Shown: piece by piece, positions 12,261-23,525 of the stretch
Numbering within the stretch: position 1 is the stretch's first letter
How the letters are laid out: every line of letters starts with the position of its first letter
DNA from: Rhodosorus marinus CCMP1338
Taxonomy: Eukaryota > Plantae > Rhodophyta
Direction: 5' to 3'
DNA length: 64,000 nt
Assembly: GCA_029953675.1 (NCBI GenBank)
Contig: JAMWBK010000005.1
Coordinates: forward strand, 2,418,001-2,482,000
Translations under genes and position numbers: made by a program
Notes under the pieces: generated by a model
The model's input: only the letters and a program-made list of their open reading frames with translations
Told to the model about the DNA's origin: nothing
Database searches by the model: none

Positions 12261-13526
12261 CTTGTAGGAACCTCCGTCCTATCCGGAACTGCAGGCTACT
12301 AGGGTAGTTAGTGTAATCAGGACACCGTTGTGCAAAAACCGGATCTGTTTTTTAGGTCTGGAGAATGTTTTGCAGTGCAAGGCGAAGTGGTTGATCTTTC
12401 CACTGCTTGTCTCTCGCTCACCCCGAGAGACCTAGAGATAGAATTAAAATAGTTTACCATCCGCGCCCATTACAGTTTCGCAGAATCGGCAAGAGGGGCG
12501 GGATTAGGCCTCCGTTCAAGTCGTGGAAAACGAACTCGACCACGTTCATGGAAGGCTAGTAATATCGACGAAGCGAAAGAAAACTAAATAGAGGATTTTT
12601 TGGTATGGCGCCGAGGTGGTTATTCTTCCAGTGTACCTCTACCTCCGCACGCGCAGCTGGTTTCGAGGCAATCCAAGCACGCGCAACAGTAGTTTTCAGG
12701 CAGCAAAAGCTCATCGCGAGCACAAGACAACCTGGGAGTGCAAAGCGTTTCCCTAGTTTTCTTTTTTGTTGGTTTTCTTTTTTGTTCGGGGCTTCAAGCG
12801 CTGCAGCAGAAAATACTAGTATGGCACTGTGAACTCCCCGAAGTATGAGAAAACAGCTCGGGTCTTGGGCGTTTGCGTTGCGCGCGGAGGCAGAATTTGA
12901 TAGTCTATCCAACCGACGAACGTGAGCATCTAGTTTATTGGGCGGGGGCGGGGCAAGCTTTTCATCGGATTAAGGTTTTGGCTTCGGCTTCACTTTGTGT
13001 TTACATTTGTGCTCGACTTGTTATTGTCTCACAATCCGTTCATGAGGCGTAAACTCCCCATGCTCACGGTGAGATGCTATCGTCAGAGCCGAGGCAGCCG
13101 GCTAGTCTTATCTCCATCAAAACCATTCCTCCCTTCGGCCGCAGCTGGGTGCTACTCTAAAAAGGATGAGTGGATTCGCAGAAGGCAGTTGATGGAAGTG
13201 GCTAAACATCAACTGAGATTCGCCAAACAACCTATTGCTATATGGAAAATCACTGCAAAGCAATGCGTCGAAGAACGATTTGACTTCCAGCTAAAGTCAC
13301 AACAAGTCCTATACGAAGGAAAATAAATTCTAATGTGCACTATAAATATGGATCAGAGACGTTCTAGCCATTTTCCATCCTGACCGTTCATGCCAATAAC
13401 AATAGATTCATGCTCTGGCAACGCCTCACGGCATGTTAGAAAACGTAGTGGTCGACTACGCTACAGTTAAAAGTTCCTCTATCCTCGCGGGATTGCTGAA
13501 ATGAACCCCTTCAAAACAGCGATCCT

Positions 13527-15128
13527 CTACATGAATCGACAGTCCGAAATATCTGTTACATTCCCCCGCAGCGGGCTAACATCAGCTCGGCCCGTCGACC
13601 TCGATGGTTGTGGCCTCATGACACGAGAATCCATTGCACGGACAGCCCGTCGTACAGCCTCCCGAAGAAGCATATCGTTGTCTTCGCTTAAGTTCTCGAA
13701 AGCTTCTGGATAGATAATATCCCTTGGGTCCGTGACCGACTCATCAAAAAGGACGCGAACTGAAAGACAAGTAACTTTGGAACCAAAGTTTCCCCGCCAG
13801 AACCTATGATCTTTTCCCCGCGCAACAACAAGAGCGAAGTGCGCCCCATCAGTGGGCTCGAATACATGCCGAACGCCATCCCAATAGTCTGCGGGAGCAG
13901 CAAGTACACCGGATGAGAACGAATTGAGAATCCTGCCCTCAGAATCCAAAATGCAGGCGACCAGCTCAAAGACGGAAGGACAGTCCGTTCTAGCCATGTA
14001 CTTCGCTGAAACTTCTACGCAGATGTCGCTAGGATGTACTACAAATTTTCGGAGATTGACACCCTGCACCATTGTACACCATTGAAAAGAGCTTACAAAA
14101 TTGGTCCTCGAATTGAAAATCGGCAGGTCTGAATACTCGATCTGCCACGCTGCTCCCGATAGCGACTTCCAGCCTCGCAGCTGATGAGAACCATCTGAAT
14201 TGAAGATCATGTTTGGAGAGCCTCTCTCATACCTGGATATACTGCTTGATCCTACTGGATCGGATTCACACCAACCGCAGTACAGGAGCTGCTCATTTTC
14301 GGGCTCTGGACCATTGCTATGTCTCTCTTTCCCTGGATCCATCGCTAACGAACATGAGCTGCGACCTGGACACGGTATGGCTTGCAATTTTTCCTTTCGC
14401 TCCCGGTTGCTGTTCCGATCATGGCACGCTTTGCAAAAGTGGGTACTCCCATAGCAGACATAAGTCGCGGTGGAGCAGCAGTACCTGCATTTCCAGACGT
14501 AGAAGCCGCGATGGCTCGCCTCGCCACATATAATAGCACCTCTTGAGTTGCATTTCGTACACATTCTGTCACTGGCAGGCAGATCTCTCTCCTCGGCGTC
14601 TGCGCAAGCAACGGTCCCCCCAAAGTATGGTTCCTCGCATACGGAGCACAAGTAGAAAGCGTAGATGTGCCGTCCGTAGTCCAATAGCTTTCCGTAATAG
14701 GCCCCCCCCACCGTTGTTACAGTTGAGGATTTGTCCAGCTCATCCACCTTTGCCTGTTCGAGAATCATCGCGTCAACCTTTGCCCTCAGAGCAGTCACAT
14801 TACGAAGAACGTCGTTCAATGCCTCATGTTCACAGAACTTTCCACACTGTGCGCACGAGCAACCAGTGAACAGTAACCTCCTACGCGGGTTCGGCTGAGC
14901 CAGTTGCAGCTGACTCTTCAAACAATCCAGATGCCAGATATGACCACAACTGAGCTCAATGCAGGGCTCTTCATCCAGAGCATCCAGGCAAATCGCACAG
15001 TCATCTTTACCACTCTGAAACCTGCTCCTACTTACACACCCTTCCACTAGACACGACACATGAGTCGTCTCACCAGCGTACCCGTTACAGTCATGCCCGC
15101 AGTCCAACTTCACCCCGCACTTCTCCAT
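13527..15128 (-). CDS. MYCBP2/PHR-type RING-Cys-Relay E3 ubiquitin ligase fused to an FBA (Fbs1-like glycan-binding) domain; intronless
   Basis: RING-H2 CAIC...CGHIWHLDC...CAQC. Tandem-Cys domain YAFYLCSVCEEPYFGGTVACAD and WKCRYCCSTATYVCYGSTHFCKACH, highly similar to the MYCBP2 C-terminus. Followed by FBA motifs FVSSFQWC, ARTDC..FEL and GKDHRFWRGNFGSKV. The likely start is MEKCG at 15128. Confidence 0.9.
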   Translation of the reverse strand: MEKCGVKLDCGHDCNGYAGETTHVSCLVEGCVSRSRFQSGKDDCAICLDALDEEPCIELSCGHIWHLDCLKSQLQLAQPNPRRRLLFTGCSCAQCGKFCEHEALNDVLRNVTALRAKVDAMILEQAKVDELDKSSTVTTVGGAYYGKLLDYGRHIYAFYLCSVCEEPYFGGTVACADAEERDLPASDRMCTKCNSRGAIICGEASHRGFYVWKCRYCCSTATYVCYGSTHFCKACHDRNSNRERKEKLQAIPCPGRSSCSLAMDPGKERHSNGPEPENEQLLYCGWCESDPVGSSSISRYERGSPNMIFNSDGSHQLRGWKSLSGAAWQIEYSDLPIFNSRTNFVSSFQWCTMVQGVNLRKFVVHPSDICVEVSAKYMARTDCPSVFELVACILDSEGRILNSFSSGVLAAPADYWDGVRHVFEPTDGAHFALVVARGKDHRFWRGNFGSKVTCLSVRVLFDESVTDPRDIIYPEAFENLSEDNDMLLREAVRRAVRAMDSRVMRPQPSRSTGRADVSPLRGNVTDISDCRFM

Positions 15129-15739
15129 TTGAACCCCCTCAAAACAAAAACCCACGCTCCAACAACAAGCGAGCAAAAACAGGCAACTTCTTCGGAAAAA
15201 AAATAGTAAACAACCACACTCCCTCACTCAAACAATATGTACACTTTCCACTCTCTGTTATCTAAGAACTCCTCCGTTCTCAGCCTTCCCCTTCCTCCCC
15301 ACCATCAACAAAACCCTCCAAAACACCCTCCCCCTACCCCGTCCTTCAACTCGTCCTGACACGGTCACAGCACCCTCCGACACAACAACTTCCCATTTAT
15401 AGAAACTTCTGCAGCGTTTCCATTTTCACTGCCCACTTTTACGATCCGATTCTGGCACGTTCCTTAAAGCACCTACTTTAGACTTTGGCCAGCAAACTTT
15501 TGTATTCTTGGAGTCAAAAACGAATCGAAAACCACGTATTGGATGCAGCGGTGGTAGGTACCTGACATTATTTAAGTACTTCCAAGACAAAAATTGAAAT
15601 GTCGATGAGTCGTTTTGTTTGTTTGTTTTTCAAAAAGGTGTACACGATGGAGTATATTCGACCGTTCCATACTAAAAGTAGGTAAAATAATGTGATATTC
15701 AGAACAAATATGATAGAAGTGGGGGGCGAAGATGTTCGC

Positions 15740-16414
15740 CCAGGTCCGAGGAGAGTACAGAGGAGGATGTCTTGTACTTATTCGGTGGGGCTCCTCAGTG
15801 GTTGGTAGTACCTGCCAAGCCCAGCCACTCGCCCTCTATATGGAGAGAGTACGATAGAAGTACGAACATCCACACGCAATCTGAGGTTAGTGTAGAGGAC
15901 GCTTTCGAGCTACTGGGTTCGGCTGCTCGGTGGTCGGAAGTATCTGCCAAGACAATAGCCAATCGCCCTCAGTATGGAGAGCTCCGATGAGTGGCTACTA
16001 AACTGTCGTCCTCATCACCTAGCTCTTCAAGGGGTTGGCAAGTAGCTTGCACGGTGAATCGTCGCCACGTGGCGTTGTACCACTGATTTGCTTTCCAATC
16101 CGAACCAAAAGGACGCATGCAATGACGTTTCACGCTAACTCTATGCCCCTTCAAGCGGCATAGAACCTACCTGATATCCGTACTAGCTGCGGTCCATGAC
16201 GGCCCAGATGTCGCTTCTGGACAACCTCCGTTTGGGTAGATTCTACATTCTGAGTTGTGGAGGTGCGCGAAGTTGTGACCGTCTCGAGTTTGGTCACAGC
16301 GGTACGCCAAATGCGTTTTGGAAGCACCCGGAGTACCTAGAGTCGATTCATTGGAGAGTTTCACGATGCAGAGTTGGTGATGTGATACTCGCATATCCAC
16401 AGGTGATGCCGTGA
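15740..16414 (+). pseudogene. Degenerate Kelch-repeat gene fragment
   Basis: PGPR..., DVLYLFGG...IWREYDRSTN and GRFYILSCGG occur in broken frames. A ~26-bp internal duplication lies at ~15794 and ~15927. Confidence 0.4.
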
Positions 16415-16613
16415 TGTAGTAAATGCTAGAGAGCGTGGCCATGCGACTTCCGAGACTGACCAAAAATTTCTGCTTGAGTTTGTCGGGTCTGGTAGCCCAT
16501 GCTACGCTTGATGTGGTGGGAAGCATAATCTCATCCTCAACGGCAGAAAAACTTCAGAGAAGTGCCCTGCACCTGACCTTTAGTACATAAATAGTTTAAG
16601 CTAAGGCCTGGGT

Positions 16614-18068
16614 CTACGATCCAAACCCGAACGAAAAGCCTGACGAAGGCTCTGATGCGTTGTGTCGCTTTGTACAAGCACTCTCTGTCGTACTGTCTTC
16701 GTCCAAGTTCCGTTTTAACCTGCCCCACAGGGAAGTCCTGCTCAGTTTCGCCTCTGCTGCTTCCAAGACTTCTGGATAGGCTTCACGAATGGACTCGCAG
16801 AGCTCAGCATCTAACCGCTCTGCGCTTATCTGGACACCGCTGAGGTGATCTGGGTGCTCTCGAAGAAGTCTCAGAACATGCGGAAGCGCATTCCTGGTCA
16901 CGAAATTCTGCGTAATTGCCACGGTCTCCTCGAGGTTCAAAACGATATGCCACCAGCCCCTCGGTACGTAAAGTACCTCACCCGCAATCGTCGTACACTG
17001 AACAAGCTGTGGGTGGTCCACGATCATGTCAAAAAAGTTGAGGAACCATTCCATTGCCGACATTGGCCCGACAACCGATCCACCGTCCGCAGATGGTTGA
17101 ATTCCAGGCGGCGGGCCAGCCCCGGGCGGTAGCATTAGCCACCGCTTTGAGCCTCTAACTACCCCGTTCCAAGCGCTCGTTTCGTTCGGGTCCTTGTGAA
17201 AGGAAGATCCGGACCGCCTCCCGCCAATGATCAGCCATCGCCAATCGGGATGGAAGGATTCCGGTAGAAGTGAAAAGAAGTCTTTTCCATAGCATTCTGG
17301 AGAGCTGTATGCTTCAGCGACTTCCGGTAGATTCTCGGCAAACTGTTTGTCGAACAAGTACAAAGGCTGATCATCCACTACAGAGTCCATGTAATCAAAG
17401 TACTCCGGCAAGGAGAACAGGAAACCACCTGCATTCACCCTTTTTGAGGGATCGCATTTCGAGATCAGCCACTCCCTACTCCAAGAACCTCCTGTACGGG
17501 TCTTCCAATCCTTCAGGATGAACGGACGATTGCTTTCATCAAACAGTGTTGTAAAGTGATCTTCTGAGAAGTCGTCGATCGGAAATCTTTCTACGTTGTC
17601 ACCCGAGAGCCACTTTGGGCTTATTCCGGCGGAGGCACAGTGCCAGGAGTGGAAAAGGACGTCAGAGTATACATCGTTGAGCCTCAACCACAATCGAGTA
17701 TCCAACTCTACTCCAACCTTCAGCTTCTCCAAGGTCATCTCTCTGTAGGTTGCCTTCCACGACCCGCCCACAATTCTCAGCTTGCTCGTCTCCTCTCGAC
17801 TCAGGACGTGCTTCCTCCACAAGTCTTCTTCGGACGCGAGCGCGTAGAAGAAGCGCGATAGCTGGCTGCACCGCGCGAGTGAATCAGGGTCAAGCAGACC
17901 CAAAATTTGCAGTATCTGCCCATCCTCCAAAACTGCGAGACGGCCCAGACCCTGAACTCTGGTTCGCTCTGCTTCGTTCAGCTTGTTCCTCGCCAGTGCG
18001 TCTCCAAGCGGCCTCACGCCAAGGGGGTGACTTCCCCGCTCGAGTACCTGATCTACATCACCCGTCAT
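16614..18068 (-). CDS. F-box + JmjC (JMJD6-like) 2-oxoglutarate/Fe oxygenase; intronless
   Basis: HPLGVRP N-terminus, F-box-like LAVLEDGQILQILGLLD..L..SQLSRFFY..EDLWR, then PLYLFD, SSFHKDPNETSAWN (HxD) and VPRGWWHIVLNLEET (distal His). Confidence 0.9.
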   Translation of the reverse strand: MTGDVDQVLERGSHPLGVRPLGDALARNKLNEAERTRVQGLGRLAVLEDGQILQILGLLDPDSLARCSQLSRFFYALASEEDLWRKHVLSREETSKLRIVGGSWKATYREMTLEKLKVGVELDTRLWLRLNDVYSDVLFHSWHCASAGISPKWLSGDNVERFPIDDFSEDHFTTLFDESNRPFILKDWKTRTGGSWSREWLISKCDPSKRVNAGGFLFSLPEYFDYMDSVVDDQPLYLFDKQFAENLPEVAEAYSSPECYGKDFFSLLPESFHPDWRWLIIGGRRSGSSFHKDPNETSAWNGVVRGSKRWLMLPPGAGPPPGIQPSADGGSVVGPMSAMEWFLNFFDMIVDHPQLVQCTTIAGEVLYVPRGWWHIVLNLEETVAITQNFVTRNALPHVLRLLREHPDHLSGVQISAERLDAELCESIREAYPEVLEAAEAKLSRTSLWGRLKRNLDEDSTTESACTKRHNASEPSSGFSFGFGS

Positions 18069-18619
18069 CCCTCGAGGAATTTGAGGGTGTACTCTTCTTC
18101 AACTTCGTTTTCTGGGTCAGATTCTCGTGTTCGGTTACTTTCTTGCTCAGAATCGGAAAAAGTCGGCTTGCTCGGAGGTTGCACTATCGCGTCAGGCGTA
18201 CTGGGTTCACTCCACAGTACCTCACTCGGACTCTCATTATCAGAAAACGAGCTTTTTCTTGACCTCAAATGACCCAGGCCGTCTTCAAGGTTACCAGTAG
18301 CAAGTGCCTGATTCGCCTTCAGCCGCAAAGCTACCAACTCATGGCTTTCCTCTCTTTCGCGCTCAAGTCTTTTCTCGAAGTGCTCGTTCCTGGCCTTTTC
18401 CACTCTAAGCAACCCACCTCGAAACTTCGCACCGTCAAGAGCTCGGATAAGCCTATCTACCTCCTTCGCATCTGCGCGAAGTTCAAGGAAAGCAGCACTA
18501 TATCTGTCTATCCGATGTACCTCCGAAACTGTCCCAACACGTCCAACACGCTCCAATATAGCGTCGATGTCACCGGAAGGCACAATACGAATATACAGTC
18601 GTTCACTTTCTCCGCTCAT
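18065..18619 (-). CDS. RRM protein, NOL8-like N-terminal RRM with acidic tail
   Basis: RLYIRI (RNP2-like), AAFLEL (RNP1-like) and LDGAKFRGGLLRVEKAR..FEKRLERE resemble the NOL8 RRM. Its stop overlaps the next gene's ATG. Confidence 0.75.
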   Translation of the reverse strand: MSGESERLYIRIVPSGDIDAILERVGRVGTVSEVHRIDRYSAAFLELRADAKEVDRLIRALDGAKFRGGLLRVEKARNEHFEKRLEREREESHELVALRLKANQALATGNLEDGLGHLRSRKSSFSDNESPSEVLWSEPSTPDAIVQPPSKPTFSDSEQESNRTRESDPENEVEEEYTLKFLEG

Positions 18620-19681
18620 CTATGTCATTAAACCCGTCCATGAAGGACCCACTTCAACCCCGTCGGCCTATGCAAATGAATAGGCTCTGCTGCTTCTGCA
18701 CACCGTCCCCAAACCTCGCACAGGACATCGAAGGTCTGCAATCGCCGTGTTCGATTGCGGCGAACACTTGCAGAGGGGGATTCACGCTATGCTCCATACG
18801 CATATGGCCAGGTGATGCTGAAAGTTGTTCAACAACAATTGTAAGCCGGGTAACTGCATTCAGGAGATTCGTTTTGTGGGCATCCACCAGTGCGACGTCT
18901 TTATTTTTTTTTGCTAGTTGCTGAAGCTAAGCCTGAACGCGGTGGCCCGTCTCCACGTTGAGTTGGTCAGATGCTCGAATCCTTTTCATGACTATCTATT
19001 GACCTCTAGAGCAGCGACAAAGACAAACATCTTGTTCCTGGGGTTAACACCTCTGAGAGATCCTCGTAGTCAACCTAATCTGAATATTGCTCGGTAGCAA
19101 CATCCAGGTGAGCGTCCCAATCGTATCATGTCCTCTGTCTGATTTGCAACTTCCCCGTGGAGGTCTCAGATCACACATTGTCTCACGTCATGACGTCGTG
19201 AGACTCTACGACCATAAGGAGTTTCATATCAGCGGTCGAAAACATGACGAAAAACGACGTGTCGCTTTCGTGACTGAAAACTCGATCAAAAGAGACTTAA
19301 CGACCTGCAACATTGGCTAACGAATGGGGCCATAGCCGATTACGTCCATCTGACTGCTTTCGCAGTCGGGAGCAGGTTTGCGCATGGCTTTGGACCAGGA
19401 GCTAGATGAGTATGTCTGCTCAAAACGAATTGTAGAATGCGATTCGGTCAAACTGCTTTCTGACATGTTTAGACGTGATTGTCTACTGATCACATTCCAG
19501 CCATTGGTCGATCTGTGGTCGATCAACTGACTTTGATATCCATTTGGACCGTGTTTGCAAGCCTGGAATTTATGGTACGGATCAGGACGTCAGAATAGGC
19601 AGTAGGGTCTTAAGAATTTTACAGTAGTGCAAGTTTTGGTGAAAAGAAGAAGTTCTCAAGCTCCTCTATCTTTGAACACAT

Positions 19682-21350
19682 TCACGAATCCGATTTGTAC
19701 ACGCCATATTTTGCAGAAAGCTTTTCAAAAACGTCCTTGGGAAGGATCTCGCTTGCCAGGTCCCCGCAGAACTTGAACTCCTCCTCAGACAAATCGAACA
19801 ACGGAGGGAGTGGTTTTCCTGTACAGAAAATTTTCAGAGCATCCAGATGAGAATGTGAAATCCGCGCAAGCGCGAGCTCTAGAAATGGAGTTTGTGCAGG
19901 GCAAAGAACTTCATTTCTAGAAGTAGCGAGGAGACTTCTTCCTCACCGTCAGGTAGTCTCGTGGCGGGGTCCCGCAATTCGTCAAAAAAGGGGTGGGCCA
20001 AGGATGCGACCGGGGTTAGTCTCTTCTTCGGATTGTATTGGAGCAAGTTCTTCACCAGGTCCACGGCCTCAGGACTCTGTCGGCTGCTGAATACTTTAGA
20101 CCACGGTTGAGCCTGTGCACATGGAAAATAGAAAGTGGAATTAGACGACAGTTACAGGCGCTTACACACACACAGTTCGATCCTAAAATCGCTCACCTTG
20201 ATCTGCGGAGACTTGAATTCTGTACAGTTACGGTTCATGGACTCTATCTCTTCCTTTGACGGAGTGCCGACGACTTTGATAATTTGAACTAGTTGATCGA
20301 CAAAAGACTCTCCAGGAAAGAGGGGTTTCCCGAGCATCAGCTCGGCCATCACGCAGCCCGCAGACCAAATGTCGATAGCAGCCGTGTAATCTGTGGCACC
20401 GAATATTAACTCTGGCGCTCTGTAGTAGCGAGAGCAGATGTACGATATGTTTGGTTCGTCCCGAACAAGAACCTTCGCACTGCCAAAATCACATAGTTTT
20501 AGTACCTGCGAGCGCCAAGCACAGAATTCATGGTAAGGTTTCACCCTTGGTTAGACCCACTGCTATTTCATTGATAGAACATCTCTCCGGCAGTTTAGTT
20601 ACCTGTGTCGGAGGATTCAATAGCAGGTTTTGAGGCTTGACATCTCTGTGACAGATACCAAGCGAGTGGATGTACATAAGGGCTCGTATCAGCTGATACA
20701 TATACAGTTTGGTGAAGATCATTGGTAGGTGCTTCTTCAACCGGCTGTGGTGCCGCGAAACTCGATATACAGTCTCCGGTATATACTCCAAAACTAGGTT
20801 TAAATACACCTCATCCGGCTGAAAAACAATGGACCACAAATACGATCAGCCAACCCGCACAGTTGAGAAAATTGGACCAAGCCAGAATTCGAAGGGAAAG
20901 CGAGGACATGCAACTTGCGATGCTCCGTTGAACGGTAGTACTCTGAGAAGGAACCAGAATACTATGTCGAATTCATGCAGTGGGTAAACTCCACGCCATT
21001 CTGAGTGCAGTACTTACCTTTTCGCCGCTAGAATAAAAACAGTGCTTCAACTGTACCACATTGGTATGCTCTAGCGTTCTCATAATCTGCAACTCCCGGT
21101 TTTTAAACCTCTTGTCCTGCAGGACTTTCTTGATAGCGACAGTTTCCCCGGTCTCTCCAACCGTCGCCTGGAAAACGACTCCGAACGATCCATTCCCAAT
21201 AACTCTCACCGCAGAATAGGATATCGTATCTTTTGGATCTGGTCCTTCCAACGATCGAGAGTCTCCTCCATCGCCTTCTCCAGTCTTTGCTTTATTGTTA
21301 CCTGCTTCCCCGCCTCCCCCCAGAACACCTTCTGCCTCTATTCCTGACAT
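19682..21350 (-). CDS. GSK3: GSK3/shaggy-like Ser/Thr kinase (5 exons)
   Basis: [55 protein letters not shown] and [10 protein letters not shown]. The last exon PLPPLFD ends at 19682. Confidence 0.95.
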
Positions 21351-21899
21351 CCTCCCAAACCAATGAACTCCCTCACCCCAACATGGAACCTTCTCCAAAC
21401 CTACAAACTACTCCTTCAAGCGCTTACCAGGCGACCCACAAACCCCACCCTCCAGGTTCCCCCCGCCTTACCTACCAACAGAACCACCCAACCAAAACAC
21501 TCATGGGAAAATACCCATTTTCATATGGTCACTATAGCCGCTTCCTTTCTCTCTTCTACCCAACCTTCCCCTAACCACAACGCCTCCCCATACAATAGCG
21601 ACTTCAATCGTGTCCTTCCCCCTTCAATCCCATCAAGTCAACAGCTTCCCATCCTCCCCAACCGTAAGGCCTTCCGCCTTCCCCCTCAAAAACTAACCCA
21701 TTCCAAAAGAAAAAAAATTTGCCCAATAAAATTCAACCCTGTCTCACCCTCAGGGGCCCCCCCCCCCCCTTTTCGTCTTCGTAAAAAAAAATCCGGCTAA
21801 TGAGCAAATAATGAAAAACTACATTCAAGGGCTCAAATTTAATAGAACCTTCGAACTTGAAACCCCATCCCATCCCAGACGGACTAAAAACCGCTACCA

Positions 21900-22215
21900 C
21901 CCCAAAAAGTCTAAGGAGGAAAATTGAAATAGAACCGTACTCGCTTGTTGCACCGAAGTTTCAACATGGCCATGTCCAAGGGCAAACTTTGATGAGTACC
22001 ACCCCCAAAAAGACAAAACTAGAACATCACGTCGAATTTCTTAGAGTATATATTGATACAAAATTTACATCGCCATATTGGAATTCCAATTGTTGGGCGT
22101 GGAGTCGTGACAGTTGGAGAGAGACCTGGCTGATGACCGCATAGGCTACTTTATCAGATAAATTGTACTTAGATGTACTAGTCCTATCGAGCTATCCGAA
22201 AATAATCCTAATTCA
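21900..22215 (+). mobile_element. Possible non-LTR retrotransposon RT C-terminal relic
   Basis: VEFLRVYIDTKFT resembles VKYLGVxIDxKLT. Downstream KLYLDVLVLSSY resembles LYxxLVxPxLxY. Confidence 0.3.
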
Positions 22216-23029
22216 ATATTTATCTAGGGTATGATAGTGGCTAACAGATCAATCTTGTAGAGGAAAGCGCCATTTGAGTGACCTAGTCTGGGTATAAATA
22301 GGTCACGTTGGTAGTATGTGATGAGGGAAGTAAAACGGAGAGTCAGAGCGAAGAGTACTAGGGATCTATTGAGAAAGCACCCTGAGGGGTGGTTAGTGCT
22401 ATTCACCGGAGTCATTATCTCAAAACATATTATCTATATAGTTTCTACGGTTGGCCGATCACGATTTCAAGAACTGTGCCGATTGTGCTAATTTAGATCC
22501 GATCCGTTGGGGTGCGAACAAAATTGGCTGAATCTTTAATTTAGATCCTACGATACCAAATATTGTATCTGACTTATGAAGGGAGGCTTAGGTTTTGCGT
22601 ATTATGTTGTTTCACACAAATTAAAGAATTGCATCGTGAATAAGATTGTTCTGGCTATTTTTGCGCAATTGCCCATGTCCCCTTCAAAAAAAAAATACTC
22701 TCAGGGAGGTAAATTCTGTTGGCTCAGTTTTTATATAAATTCCAAGACTCGCCCAAAACTCCTCGCAGATATGTAAACATGCCTTTTTCGATAAAATTGA
22801 GAAGATCGCAAGGGACAAAGTTCAATCTGGTCCCTCAGCCGGCCTTTACCAACTTCTAAGCCAACTTTCATGTCTCCCTTTTTTGCATTGCACGTTTGGT
22901 GGATCAAACCTGTTTTCGTAGAAAACATCAGTAATCTAGTTCATACGTCGCGAACGAGGGCAGAACCCCACAATTATAGTACGTTGAAGTACAGCTAGGT
23001 CCAAATTTAGATGCAAGAGCTTGCTTACT

Positions 23030-23525
23030 ATAGGCCTACCAATGTCCTGACCCAAGCCCGGATCTCACGTTTGCTTTTATTCACCCTTAATAATATGTTG
23101 CCGCCTTGTTTTTGTTTCAAAATTTGGGCTCCTATTCTTTCTAGATTTCGTAACTCTAGATCAACGCTCGCACAGAAGACTGTTGACGCACGAGCCAAGA
23201 CGTGTTGATGTTGGTCAACGGAGAGATTCTTCACAACAATGATATCATGTTGTCACGTAGATACGTAAATGCACTATCCTGGTTTGCCAGGCATTCACGG
23301 GACCGTGGATCAGCCCTTCTCCGAACTTGCGCCTGCTGTGGACTTGTACCAAATCTGCTTTGGACAAGAGAGGGTTGAGTCCAACCGTAGATAAGCAACA
23401 TCCTCGCCAACATGGACTACAATGCATCGGTTAGTGTCAACGACGATCGTCAATTGTGGTCCGCGTTTGATGACTCCTGGCTGCTCTTGATGCGTTGCGT
23501 CCCGTAAACGGTTTCGTAAACACAA
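23030..23525 (-). mobile_element. Degenerate CR1/L2-like LINE RT C-terminus
   Basis: NRCIVVHVG (cf. KCxVLHLG), YLRLDSTLSCPKQI (cf. YLGVxLDxxLSWxxHI) and LARASTVFCASV..LRNLERI (cf. LVRPHLEYCxxVW..LERVQ) occur in collinear order across frameshifts. Confidence 0.45.

Noticed and set aside
12556-13326. ORFs 12556-12912 (-) and 12997-13326 (+)
   Set aside because: No motifs or splice support; they cannot be called genes from sequence alone.
17750-18631. Long plus-strand ORFs opposite the F-box-JmjC and RRM genes
   Set aside because: Shadow ORFs of GC-balanced coding sequence.
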